Shown here one piece after another: positions 48,301-59,906 of a DNA stretch of 64,000 nucleotides. The notes under the pieces are model-generated. The model searched no databases. It saw only the letters and a list, made by a program, of their open reading frames with translations, and was not told where the DNA came from. Source of the stretch: Phoronis australis (Eukaryota > Animalia > Phoronida). Numbering within the stretch: position 1 is the stretch's first letter; each line of letters begins with the position of its first letter. Position numbers and translations under genes: made by a program. Location of the stretch: NCBI GenBank assembly GCA_002633005.1, contig NMRA01000016.1:799874-863873 (forward strand), read 5' to 3'.

Positions 48301-51300
48301 AAGAAGCTTTGTGACATTTAAAAGATGTATTCCTATGGAGCCGACGACAAACTGTAACAAGTGTCGATCTAATCCAAATACCATTGTACCCCTAGTGGCA
48401 AAATGTTATTTCACGTTTGCCTCTTTATACTTGGAGTTCATGAATGTATTTCATGGAATTCCGCAAATAGCTTTCTATTAAGGAGGCGTCAACACCTTTC
48501 CATTTTCAGACAGATTGTTGTTTTTGTGTCCCTTTTCTGGCGTCTGCCTCCCCATCCTGCCATATTGCGTAAATTTACAGAATCTGATGTGTTCCTGATG
48601 AGAAGACCATGACTGATGCTGACTTCATACTGGTCCGACTCCAGTGTCACCCCCTAGTGGCGATTTTGTTTTCTTGCCTCAGCAGCTGAATCTTTAACCC
48701 TTTGAAGGAGCTTTGTGACTTTACCAGTCAAATATGCTTAAAATACTCGGCCTTTTATCGACAGCATTTAGCTCCATCAGGAAAGCTAATGTTGAAGTTG
48801 TCAGTTTGATTCTGCATTGGTGCTGATCTCAAAAAACACTTCGCGGCAATAAAAGGGTTCAGTTAAAAGTAGACTACAGCTTTAGTTTTTTATGCATGCA
48901 CATGTTTGCATGTGGGTGCATATTGATGTCGTCTCTGTCTGGGTGTCTAGCATGTGGGCATCTAGCATCTTGCATCTGGGCATCCAGCATCTGGTTATGT
49001 TCCCTCCGATACAAGAATGGTTGACATTGATTTTTAGATGCGTCAGACTACTCCCTTGTAGCATTTTTGTATCTGTGGCTATGTCTCCTTGCACGCGTAT
49101 TCTTGTGAGCGTGGCAACAGTTGACAACACCACTGTGCTTTCTGGTGACAATATCACTTTTTTACATTTGCCTCTGTATCTTGGGGCTCCTTGATGGATT
49201 TTTATGAAATTTGTCCATTTTTATCACTCTTAAAGATCACTATCAACATGCTGTTTGCATTGCTCTTGTGTTAAAGTACAGTTGCCCAAGGTGGTAAGAC
49301 CTATCTAGGACATTCTCTCGAATTTGATGAAGGATAAATTCCACTCTTTGTTATGCGAAAAAAACATTTTATTGTGTTTCTAAGACACCATAATTAAACT
49401 TTTTACTTCATCATCTCTTCTTCAGTGCTGCTACAGATTCCACAAGTCAGTTGTCAGCCTCAGCTCCAGAGTTCACTCCTCAGACGACTGAAGCTGCTGG
49501 ACCAGAGGTGATTAGAAGCGATGGGTCTTGAGTCTGCCTCTTTATGAGGACAAGGCCAAGCAAAAGATGTGTCTTATAACTAGGGTTTGCCTCTTTTTGA
49601 AGACAAGGCCAAGCAAAAGATGTATCATATAACTAGGGTTTGCTTCTTTTTGAAGACAAGGCCAAGCAAAAGATTATCGTATAAGTAGGGTTTATTTTTG
49701 AGAAATACTGCTATAGGTTAATTTAAGCTGTCAATCACTTAAATTGTGTGGATTAATAAAGATGGGTAATATTCTTGTGAGAATTTTAATGTGGCAATGA
49801 CGTTGGATGTTTGGCAGAAATGAACCGCTTACAATGACAATTGATAGAAATCATTTGTCTATATAGTTTTTAAAAGTCGAAGTGCAAGTTTCATGCTGTC
49901 GACGGTAGTATAAACAAGCTGTTGTCTCCTTATAAAGTTTTTGTTCAGATTTAAACCCAGTCGTAAAAAAATAATATTCGGCAATTACATAAATCTCCTG
50001 TTGTGATTACAAATGGGGCAATCCAATATATCCAAGAATCCATAGTCATCTATCTACTCCCACATAGCCGTGTTGTTTTGTCCTGCAAATTCAAGTATTG
50101 ATAATGATGGATTCCTTGCCTTACAATGAAATTTAATGAAACACAGTTTGTAATGTAGTTGTTTATGGCTAGACCTTCATGTCATAAGTGGCGCTGTGAA
50201 CTCGTGGCATATCCTACATTATACTATTGTTGCCAGACTTACTCTGCACCTTATTGGCTGCATTCCATATTGGATGTATTATGAGTGTGCTATGTACCTT
50301 AGGCTGAAGCTAGTCATGAGGGTGATGCAGAGGGTGATGAAGAGGATGAAGAAGACTCCGAGGATGATGACGTGCAGGTGACAATTGGAGCAATTAAGAC
50401 AACATACGAGTAAGTTGTAGTGCTCTCTTTATTAAGTGTAGCGCCGTTGTTTTTGATAAACTAGTTACTGTTGAGGCTGTTTTAACAGTATGCAATGGTT
50501 GCCATGGAGGTGTTTGTGAAATTGCTTCAAAGCAAAAACTTCAAGCTTATTTTAAATTATTACGTTTACTTGGTTTCGTTCTGGGTTTTTGCTTTAAATT
50601 TATTGAGTTTTGTGGAAATTCGTCAACTCTTTTACGACTAGGTCAGTTGTTATCCGATGCAATTATGAATATCACCACGCAATGTTGCCCTGACTTTTTA
50701 CACCATTTGTCAGTGCAATCCTTGTGTGTCGAAGAAATTGTCCCGTTGACTAACCAGTTTGTATTTCTTCACCGTGCAGATCTTCGGACCAACTTAATTT
50801 CATGATGTACTTCACTGCAATTTATGCTGAATTGAACAATTCTTTTGACAGCTTATCCTATTTGTGGACATTTTTGTTTAAAAGATGCTTCTTTGTTCAC
50901 ATTTTTATGGTTCAACTGTGAATTTCCCTTTACTTGCATTATGCAGTCACATAAAATCTGATGATCGACCATTTGTCATTTGGGATCAAAACACATTTGT
51001 GTGAGATTGAAATGTTTTGCTGTACAAAATTAGATGTATGGAGAGAATGTTTATCTTATTTTATTTTATTTTATTTCTACGCTTAACTCCTGATGACCAT
51101 TTCAGTTATTGAATGACCATCAAATGTCGATATCAGGTTGTTTTCATTTTCATTCGTGACGAAACTGATGATATTTTGTAGACCCAGAAACTTGTTCAAA
51201 GGAGGTGCGTATTCCAAGACTCCTGGCAAGCCAGGGGCGGTAACAAAGGGTGTTGACCTGGAAGCTGCAGGAGAGTTCAAAGGAACAAATATATATGAGC

Positions 51301-54300
51301 TGGATCTGACCACTTTAGAAGAAAAGCCATGGAGAAAACCAGGTATGTCTGGGCTTGTTTAAACTGGTACCCGTCTAGTCTAGTCAGGAAATTACAAGCC
51401 ATGATGGTTTCTGGGGCTGCTTTTCAGTTTCCGAGGTCCACCACTTTAAAGCTTGGGGGTTTATGGGAAATACTGGGGGTTTATGGGAAGTGCTGTGGGT
51501 TTATGGGAAATGCTGGGGGTTTATGGGTAATAACCAATCTTTAGTTTGCCATGTATTGTAATAGGCTTATGTTGCGCTGCCCCTGTACACTATTCTTGTC
51601 CAGTTTATGCATACTTTGGTTTTTACTTTGTCAGGTGCTGATATTACTGATTACTTTAATTACGGATTTAACGAAGAGTCGTGGGAGAGGTATTGTGAAC
51701 GACAGAAGTTCCTGCGCAACATGGATGCACCCAAGAAAATCTTTGTACACCATGCGGGCACGGCACCCCCTAGACAAGATAAAACTGCCCTTAGTACAGG
51801 TAAAACTAATAACACGTCCAGTATAACTAGTTTGATATAATGTAACTATGACGATGATTTGTGGTTCACTTGCTCTAGTCTGTGCACTATCCCGTTTAGA
51901 TAAGATGGATTTTGCCTTACTTATTGTGCAGTTTGGACCAACTTATTAACAATAAATAAATTTAGATACTGTTTACAGCTGATACTGAAATCAGTTTAAT
52001 CCCTGTGATTCATGGACACTGATGGATTTTACTTAGAGGTGTCAGTGAACAAAAATGCAAAAATGAATTGCAGTCAAGCCTAGGTCATAATGACCTAATC
52101 GCTGAACCCTAGAGTCAGACACGGTTATATGTTTCTAAGTCAGTGTTGAACGTGAACTGCTTTGCATTTAAGTTGGTAGTGCACCTCGATGTTCATGAGG
52201 ACAGTTTTGAATCGAAAAATACTGAGTCTGAGATGGAGGGTTGGGTCTCGAGATTGTGTCTTAGCCCTTGGCATTGTTATTAAATGATAGGAGTCTATCC
52301 AGGCTCATAGAAAATCGGTCCAAGGTTTAAAGGCTGTTTTTTACGTTGCGTTGCATTTCTGTGCTATTCCTATGTGCAAGTCGTTTCAAACAGAAGAAGC
52401 AGAAAGCTCCCTGTTATAAACTTTGTTCCATTGTTTCCTCTGTGTTGACAGGTCAAACTAACATTCAGCCAATGCAGGGGAATACTATTGATGTCAGTCG
52501 CCCTCCCCCACGTAAACTTTCGGGAACGATTGACGTGGTGGCCTCGCGGAGAGTCTCTGATAATCAGTCTGAGTAAGTGAACATTTCTAGTTTCAATTGA
52601 ACAATGTGCTTGTTTAGTGGTTTTATATTAACGATTCTGTCACCTTGTCCAGGTGAATTTTAATGTCTCATCATTCCTGAATTAAATTGCAGTTAAGGTG
52701 ACGAAATTTTGCCTAACTAATACCTGTAGTTTCTAAATACAAAATGGACCATAACAAAATCTCATCTTTGGAGCAAAACTTTTTTCCAATTCGCAGGCAA
52801 TATATTTTTCACCTGCAGGTTTTTGCTGTAATTTTTGCAAACCCAGACAAATTTTAATGAATTTTGACAACTTCCAGAAAACCGCTCTGACTTAAGCATG
52901 GGATAAAGAATGATCTTGTAATTTTGTGCAGTGATTCTGACTTGTAGTTTTCATTACTTCAAATTAAATTTATAGTAGGACATGTTTGTTCCCTTAGAGA
53001 AAATGTGATTCCTTCCATGCCAGTGGCTACCGTTCCTACGTCGTCTTGGTCCGAGACGAGGTAATGAGTCGGCACTTTTGATATTATTTGTCTTCACCCA
53101 CCGTAGTCATTCTTTCTTTTTAACTCAGGGCATACAACCTTCCTCTGTCATTCTCACCGATAGTATTTTTCTCACCAAGGATTTTTTACTCACAAACAGT
53201 ATTGCTCTAACACCGCAATTTTGTTGTTTTTAAACATGTTTCTTTGCTTGTAGACTACAGTAATTGTGTCCACTTATAGACTGATTTGATATGTTCACAT
53301 ACTAAGCAGGTTACTTCTGACAGCCTGCAACTCCTAACTCCTATCAGTGTCTACATAGAATTGCGGTTCATGAGCTGAGCAATGAAATTGCCTGTAAAAC
53401 ATAATGCATGAAAAACATGTTGCTTGAGAAAAGGACTTTACTCTCGTAAGCTGTAGATCAGAACACCCCCGCAGAGGAAGATTGTTCACGTTGTAACAAT
53501 CTAATGTTTCTCCCAGTATGCACATCCTCTGTTTAAGTTGACTCCCTGTAGAGGGCGTAGTGATATTTTGTGTGCACTATTAGCTTATGTATTGCCACAT
53601 AGTTCTCGTCAGAATATACGTTATTTCTAATGTTCGTCGTGTAGTTGATAAGTTGCAACCAGCATGCAATCAATTTGTGTCAGTTAAGGGTTGCAATACA
53701 ATTAATTTGTTAATTTTACGTTTGTTTTTAGCATGCATGAATTAACTTGTAACCTGGCTTGTAACATTCTTCCTTCTCTTAACAGTAAATGTTAAGAATC
53801 TCTTCCTCTTGACTATAACTACATCTCACTTGAGCACTTTCTTAGTTGCATTGTGTGTGATCCATTTCATAATTTTCACTGTTAGTTCATTGACAGGTTT
53901 TATTGTATGTTGCGTACAACCGTAAAGCATTTTAGTTTTGACCGAATGTTTCTGCCATTCATATTTTAAGAGATTCTTTTTGAAAGTGTGTAATCTTCAT
54001 TTTATTAAAATCTTAAGAATAAAGTGTAGTATCCGACGTATCTTGATGATGTAGAAATTTTAATATTTTGCCTGTTGTTTCAGACCTGCCCCAGTCACTT
54101 ATCAAGCACATGTGCCTCCACCTGGTGTTCCAGTCCAGTTGCCACCAGGTGGCATGATGTCAGCTCCCCCTCCTGGTTACCACGGTCCACCCCCTGGTAT
54201 GCCTCCCCAGACTGGCATGCCCCCACCCACTCACATGCCTCCAAGTAAGTAATGACTAGTGGTCAGAGAAATTTTTCCAGAATCTGTTAATGGGAAACCT

Positions 54301-57300
54301 ATCCAATTAGACGCTTGATTCTGAATCAGTTTTGAGTGACATCCCTGAGCGCTAACAAGGCGGTTCACTATGGTGGGTAGGTGCGATCGCGTAAAAGTGA
54401 GAAGACATTCTGAGGCTGAATCAGATTGGATCAAAACCCATGCTGCGTTTCATTGACTGAGTGCCTCGCTTTTAATGCACGGCAATGTTTTGTCAAGTCC
54501 TCTAGCTGTTTTGCAAGATTCTTAAGTTCACAGACTGCAGACCTGAATGTTCTGTTTCTCTAGGGGACAACAGGTGATGTTGCCGTATGTTATCAGACGA
54601 AGATTTATTTGCGGCCGAGGGGCTGCGCCTGTTATGTGACCTTTAAACAAAATTTTAACAAAATCAGACAGAAAGTTTGCATGCGGACGAGGCGATTTCT
54701 CCTCGTTTACATGAATTTCTTAATTTTTTCACGAAGTTACAAAATCAATTTATCTGTCTTGCTATTGGTTTTTTCACGTGATTAATTTTTCTTTAGCAAC
54801 AATGTTAGCAACAGGTCATCGAATTATTAAACACTTATTATGCGACGGGCCTCTCTGAGTGACCTGTGTACGTCTGATGCAGCGTGTATCAGGCTATCTG
54901 CACTATTTTTTGTAACTCTATCAATTTCGCGTTTGTTAACTTCCAGGCATGCCCCCTCCAGGTTTCAGAGGACCCCCTCCTGATGGTAAGTTATGGCTTC
55001 TACATTCACCAGTAATTGTTAATATGGCTGCAGATTCTGGTGTGGGATGATGTGTTTTCGATTCTGTTGGGCCATCACTACATCAGACCTGTGTAGTCAG
55101 TTGCAGGTGGACAGTTTGGTTTGTGAATGCATTGAGATTTCTAATCTAATTAAAATTGTTTACAATCCGTAACTGTGAGTTCTGTAAGTTTTTAATTACC
55201 ATAAAATATACTATGAGGATCTACACTATTTTGGATGCCTGCTCAATTGTTATTTAGTTTAAGTTAGGTCATTATGTTAGGGAAAAAGTGTTGTATTTCT
55301 GTTATCTAACACATCTTGATGATTGACGTCCACAGGTTTCTATCGTCCTCCAGGGCCTCCAGGGTTCAGCGCCCCGTTTCCTGGGGCTCCACCACCATTC
55401 AACCCAGCACCACCAATGGCTGGCGCTCCACCACCGTGGGAAAGGTATAGTGGATGACTTTGTCATGAAAACAATGCTGATTTAATTTGAAGTTAACCAG
55501 CGTACATAATAACTTCTTTTTTTTTAACGAAATATCCTTCGTCTTTGATGGATTAACAATGTTAGTACTGAAAACACTCTGGTAATCTTTACTTCCACCT
55601 CTTAAATATAGATATTTTTGTTTCTCCCTAAGAGCACCAAGGATGCATGAAAACTATGCGAACCTTTTACATTGCGGTAAGCGCTTTCATTGCCTAGCCA
55701 AAAGAACATAGTTGGTCCTCACTACCTAAAGAAAAAGTGGGCTGCTTCATTAATTTCAGCCAAAAAACTTTTTCAGCTTTTTTCCAATGTTGCATCAACT
55801 CACCCAAATTTCAAACACTTTGGATTGCTCAGGCAGCCATAATCACCTGATGATTGGCTGCCAATGACTCACGACCTGATACACTCTTGCTTAGTTCATT
55901 GATTGTTGTTTTGCTGAAACCACTTCAATTATTAATTTTTTTACTCTTAATACTTCTTCCTCATGTTCAGTAATTATTTTTCAGTGTATTTTATCTGGTT
56001 TCATCTACAAGTAGGTGGTTTTTCTCTTTCCAGGCCTCCATTTGACCCATTTAGCCAAGGTCCCACTAGTCCTGACAGCAGTCTGTCTGATGAGGATGAC
56101 ACATACAGCCAGTATAGTCGAAGGGAGCGAGAGAGGGAAAGGCACTCTCCCCGGGAGTATGAGAGGTAAGAATATAAAAGTTATCTAGTACCTTAATAAA
56201 CAACCTCAACTCTTAGTAAAATATCGAAAAAAACTATGCTTTGTCAGCCATTAAAAGTATATAATATTTTCAAAAACGATAAAGATTAGGATTCTATAAA
56301 TATGCTTCTTTGCTGCTGTGTCTTTATTATTGTCACGTGACCACATTTTTAAGTCAAATTTTCATATGCAAGAAAGGTACATTCATAGCAATATAAGCCA
56401 ATTTTACTAAAACTCTTTTAAGTGAAAACGGTGTTTGTTCTTCGTCTTTGAAGAAATGCATGAAACTATGGCAATATACAATAAAATTATTTGCAGGCAG
56501 TCTGATACACGTTGTACCAGACGTGCAGAGGCTTCGCATGTGGGCCCATTGCACTGATCACCTGGAACCATTTTTATGTTTTATTAATATATGGTTAAAA
56601 CAGAGCTGAGGAGCTAGAAACCTGGCTCAAAGGTTTAGCAGAGTGACTTAGTGGGACTCGAACCCACGACCTCGAGTAAAGAAAGCCGGCACTTATCAAC
56701 TAGGCCGCACTGCCTCCTCAACTACGGCAATAGTCAGATATAACGTGTCTACATGTTGACAACCAGCTTGCTGCTGGGTGTTCAGTGAAGAAAACTGGTT
56801 CCCAAGATGTGGGCACGTTATATCCGACTATTTCCAAAACTTTTGGTGTCTGGTGGTCAGTGTAGTGGAATGAAACATGTTTCTTATAAGTCTAGTCAGT
56901 ATGATGAAGAACTACTGTCAATGTGTCGTAGGCTTCACCAATAAACATGACTTAACCATTCTTCTTATGTTGTAAGGTGTCAGTGTAAAGTTCTGCTTTT
57001 TGTAATTTTCTGTTGTGAGTAAAACGTTGGTCTTGTAGTGTACACAATTTTTACTTCCAATTCATTAAATGAAGAACCACGAATATTGATGAATTTTGTT
57101 AGATTTTCGTGTGTTTTTGGTGTTGCCACCTTGCAAAACTGCTTGAATGAGTGCTATTAAATGTACCAAATGGCTATTCTCATATTTTGCACCAAACTAT
57201 TTGTCAAAATGCTTGTTTTCCATATTTCAAGGGCTGATTACCTTTTTACAAATAATGGGAATTTTAGCATCTACACACTACATGTTTGTGATAGACTAAA

Positions 57301-58675
57301 ATGTTCTTAATCTGTACTTTTGTGGAGAAGTTTTACAAAACAGAATCTCGCCTGTTGGCCATATTTTGTGCCACATAAGCGTAGAATTACCCTAATCTCG
57401 GTGGTTTTCAATGACAATTCAGTTACAAAGTCCAGCTATCTTTGACTAATGTGAACGTGCTGCAGACAACCTTTGTTAGCCGAAGTGTCATCTGCTTTCG
57501 CGAACTATTATTTACTAAAACCTATAATTGTGTTAAAGTCGGCGGCGTGAATCAGGAAGAGACACAGAGAGGTCACGTGACCGCGATGGGTACGAGCGAG
57601 ACTATGACAAAGACAGAAGTAGGGACAGGGATCGTGAAAGATCTAGGTCACGTGACCGTGACCGGGACCGTGACAGGGATCGTGACAGAGACAGGGAGCG
57701 TGACAGAGACAGAAGGCACAGGAAGAGGTGGGCACAATTTTATTATCAAACATGAATAATGCTCGCCTAGGTTGTACTTGAAACTTTCAACTTTTTCAGA
57801 CATGTGAGAATTTTTTGAATAATCTGTTATTGTTCTGTGGGCTAGTAGTCTTCATAAAGTTAATTCATTTCATCTTAATTTGTTTGGCTTTGTCGAAATT
57901 GAAAAAATAGTAAAGGAAAATCAGAATAATTTGTGATCATTTCAAAATTTTGTGACAGTACTTGTTGACATATTATGTTGATGACAGAAATTGGCACCTA
58001 CCCTTGAAAATTTAAAATCAAACCGTGTGTTTAATAAGACTTTAATTATGAGATGTTATTAATCAACTTATTAATCAGCTTTTCTTGAAAATGTCAGATC
58101 TGTTCCTCGTAAAATTAAATTTATATATATATATATATCGAAATTTTGGGATTTTGAAACTTTGTGCCCTAAGAGACACAAGCAGTAGGATATATTCATT
58201 GGACAAATTTTTGTTGAGATAATTTCATATAGGTGTATGCACCTTAAGGGGTTGCTTCTAGTAACAATGGTCTAGGACTGCGGTCTGTAGATCGAGTTTC
58301 TTGTGAGAAAACCGCGACCAAGCAAGTCTTTAGGAAATATCGCCGTGCATTACATTGGCACACTAGCTTTTCTCACGGTTGACTTGTGCCTGCAGAACGT
58401 ACCCTGTCAAGGCATCCAGTTTCACACTGGCATCTTTTCGAGATCTTTTATCCGGAATCAAACTTTAAAGCCCAGTATTGAGCGTTTTCTCATCGAAAAA
58501 GGAAAGTACCAAAAACCGTGTTATAATGACGGTGTATTTGTTTGACAGACGGCATCGTGATGAAGAGGAGCGAGATCGACACAGACACAAAAAGAGCAAG
58601 CGTTCCCGTCGTGAGAGGGAGGACGAGGAGCCTGCAGCTCCAGAAGAGGAGAAAAGTGAAGAGAAACCAGAGTAG
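45303..58675 (+). CDS. FIP1L1: Pre-mRNA 3'-end-processing factor FIP1 (CPSF subunit), 523 aa; exons 45303-45378, 47729-47768, 49426-49507, 50303-50409, 51182-51342, 51635-51799, 52452-52572, 52998-53060, 54084-54244, 54947-54985, 55336-55444, 56034-56165, 57539-57727, 58549-58675
   Basis: All 14 exons have AG/GT boundaries and phases that sum to an open 1572-nt frame. Motifs in order: [27 protein letters not shown], the Fip1 domain [50 protein letters not shown], a Pro-rich region, RD/RE repeats and C-terminal HRHKKSKRS. This is colinear with vertebrate FIP1L1. Confidence 0.96.
45973..46237. mobile_element. Two adjacent hAT5-like MITEs in Fip1 intron 1 (45973-46136; 46147-46237)
   Basis: The first is an inverted copy of 35806-35961. 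The second is CATGGGC...ACCCATG flanked by the 5-bp TSD TACTA (46142-46146, 46238-46242). Confidence 0.75.
47787..48730 (+). mobile_element. HINE-like element with tandem units, Fip1 intron 2
   Basis: TTTTTACGCGCTCAC...TGGGTGCATAT start, CTCTGTCTGTTCGTCCG tract, and repeated CCCTAGTGGC, CATGAAATTTGG and CTGATGTGTT(T/C)CTGATGAGAAG units. Confidence 0.75.
48886..49220 (+). mobile_element. Short HINE-like copy
   Basis: TTTTTTATGCATGCAC...GTGGGTGCATATTG start, GCATCTAG/GGCATCC microsatellite-like tract, one partial unit. Confidence 0.6.
49549..49695. repeat. ~53-bp tandem repeat, about 3 copies
   Basis: GACAAGGCCAAGCAAAAGAT...TATAA(C/G)TAGGGTTT repeated three times. Confidence 0.85.
51454..51530 (+). 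repeat. G-rich 20-bp minisatellite (4 units) in Fip1 intron 5
   Basis: TGGGGGTTTATGGGAAAT(A/G)C units. Confidence 0.85.
56581..56719 (-). mobile_element. tRNA-derived SINE (with Pol III box A/B) in Fip1 intron 12
   Basis: The minus strand reads GAGGAGGCAGTGCGGCCTAGTTGATAAG (box A-like) ... GGTCGTGGGTTCGAGTCCCAC (box B), then a non-tRNA body shared with 33958-34082 and an AT-rich tail. Confidence 0.75.
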
Positions 58676-59786
58676 GTGTGCTGTTGATGCTGTACTTTGT
58701 CTGGAGAGCGTAGGACCGAAGCATGGGGGGGTCTATCGACTTTCGTGTCGATTGCTGAATTTGTGTAAATAGTGCATGACAGTCTTGGAAGGACTTCTCC
58801 TTTGGATCATTCAGAATGGCACTCCATCGGAACACATTGTACAATTAGTTGAAAATGTTCATTCTGTGCAATTGTACATGCCCCGAGAGTCATTTTCACA
58901 ACGGCAGTGTGCACGAATAGTGCATTTGAGGGGTAACTGGCTGTAGTCACAACTATATAAGTTGTGATCACGGAATACCTAGATTTTTTATGTTCGTTGA
59001 CCTAAATCACATGAGTGGCGAAAAAGGTAGCGAAACAGATGAGCTGCCCGTGAAGGGGTAACTTTCGCCAGCAGTTAGTTTATGTCCTAAACACCCATCG
59101 AGTGGCTTTTAAGCGAAAATTTATGTCAAAACACGCTCTCTCTGCCATAAATTGATAAATGTCATTGTAAACAATTGCTTCTTACCCCTGTGCATGTGTG
59201 TCTTTTGAAGTAAGCGACATGGCTACAAAAGTTCTAGCGAAAATGCCAGTAATAGGACAACACAGATGTCTAGCAAAGCCCCAGCAAAAGTGATCCTTGC
59301 GACCGTTCACATTTCTGGCACTTTTGCTGCCAATGAAAGTGCTACGAAAGCACCCGTGTTTTAGCTCTCATGTGAACGGGGTATAAGTGAACGTGTTCAC
59401 ATGACAGTTTTAGACCATCACACTTGAGGAGTTTCATACACTTGTTGGGTATGCCTTCATTGAGACAGAGTCAAGTGACTGTGACTGTATTGGATATGTA
59501 ACAAATGTACTGCATTTTACCTCTGGTGCATTTTAATTTTTAACTGCCTGCTTGTTCCATTAGATGGTTTACAGAATTGCTCGCATGTTAATAACTATTT
59601 GGTGGAACACTTACAACAAATTTCCGTTCTGAGGAGCTTTCAGAGCATAAAGTAACAGTAACAGATAAAAACAGTTGATGAACGGCTGTTAACAGTGTCT
59701 TGTACAGTTTTTGTCCTTCATAGATGGCAGTGTATTTTGTACATTTTCTCTTGATGTTAATCACATGAACTTGTGATGTTTTTTTA

Positions 59787-59792
59787 AATAAA
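59787..59792 (+). terminator. Candidate distal poly(A) signal of Fip1
   Basis: AATAAA followed by ATTAAA, about 1.1 kb after the stop, preceded by several TGTA motifs and followed by GT-rich sequence. Confidence 0.6.
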
Positions 59793-59906
59793 AATTAAAA
59801 GTTGACCACAACGTTTATGTGCTGTTAGTTATTTCTAGTCTTCAAGGATGGCTGAGAGTGTCTCTCCATGTCCCCTACGGTGCCTGGAGTAAGAGACTTT
59901 CTTTGA

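Noticed and set aside
51800-51960. Intronic poly(A) site in Fip1 intron 6 (read-through [13 protein letters not shown]-stop; AATAAATAAA at 51951)
   Set aside because: AATAAA is frequent in AT-rich introns, the donor is adequate and there is no convincing downstream GU-rich element.
56640-56719. tRNA gene
   Set aside because: Box A/B are present but there is no complete cloverleaf or acceptor stem, and the downstream body is shared with 33958-34082. It is a SINE head.
57442-57759. 105-aa Thr/Val/Gly-rich ORF
   Set aside because: It is a shifted frame of the Fip1 RD-repeat exon.
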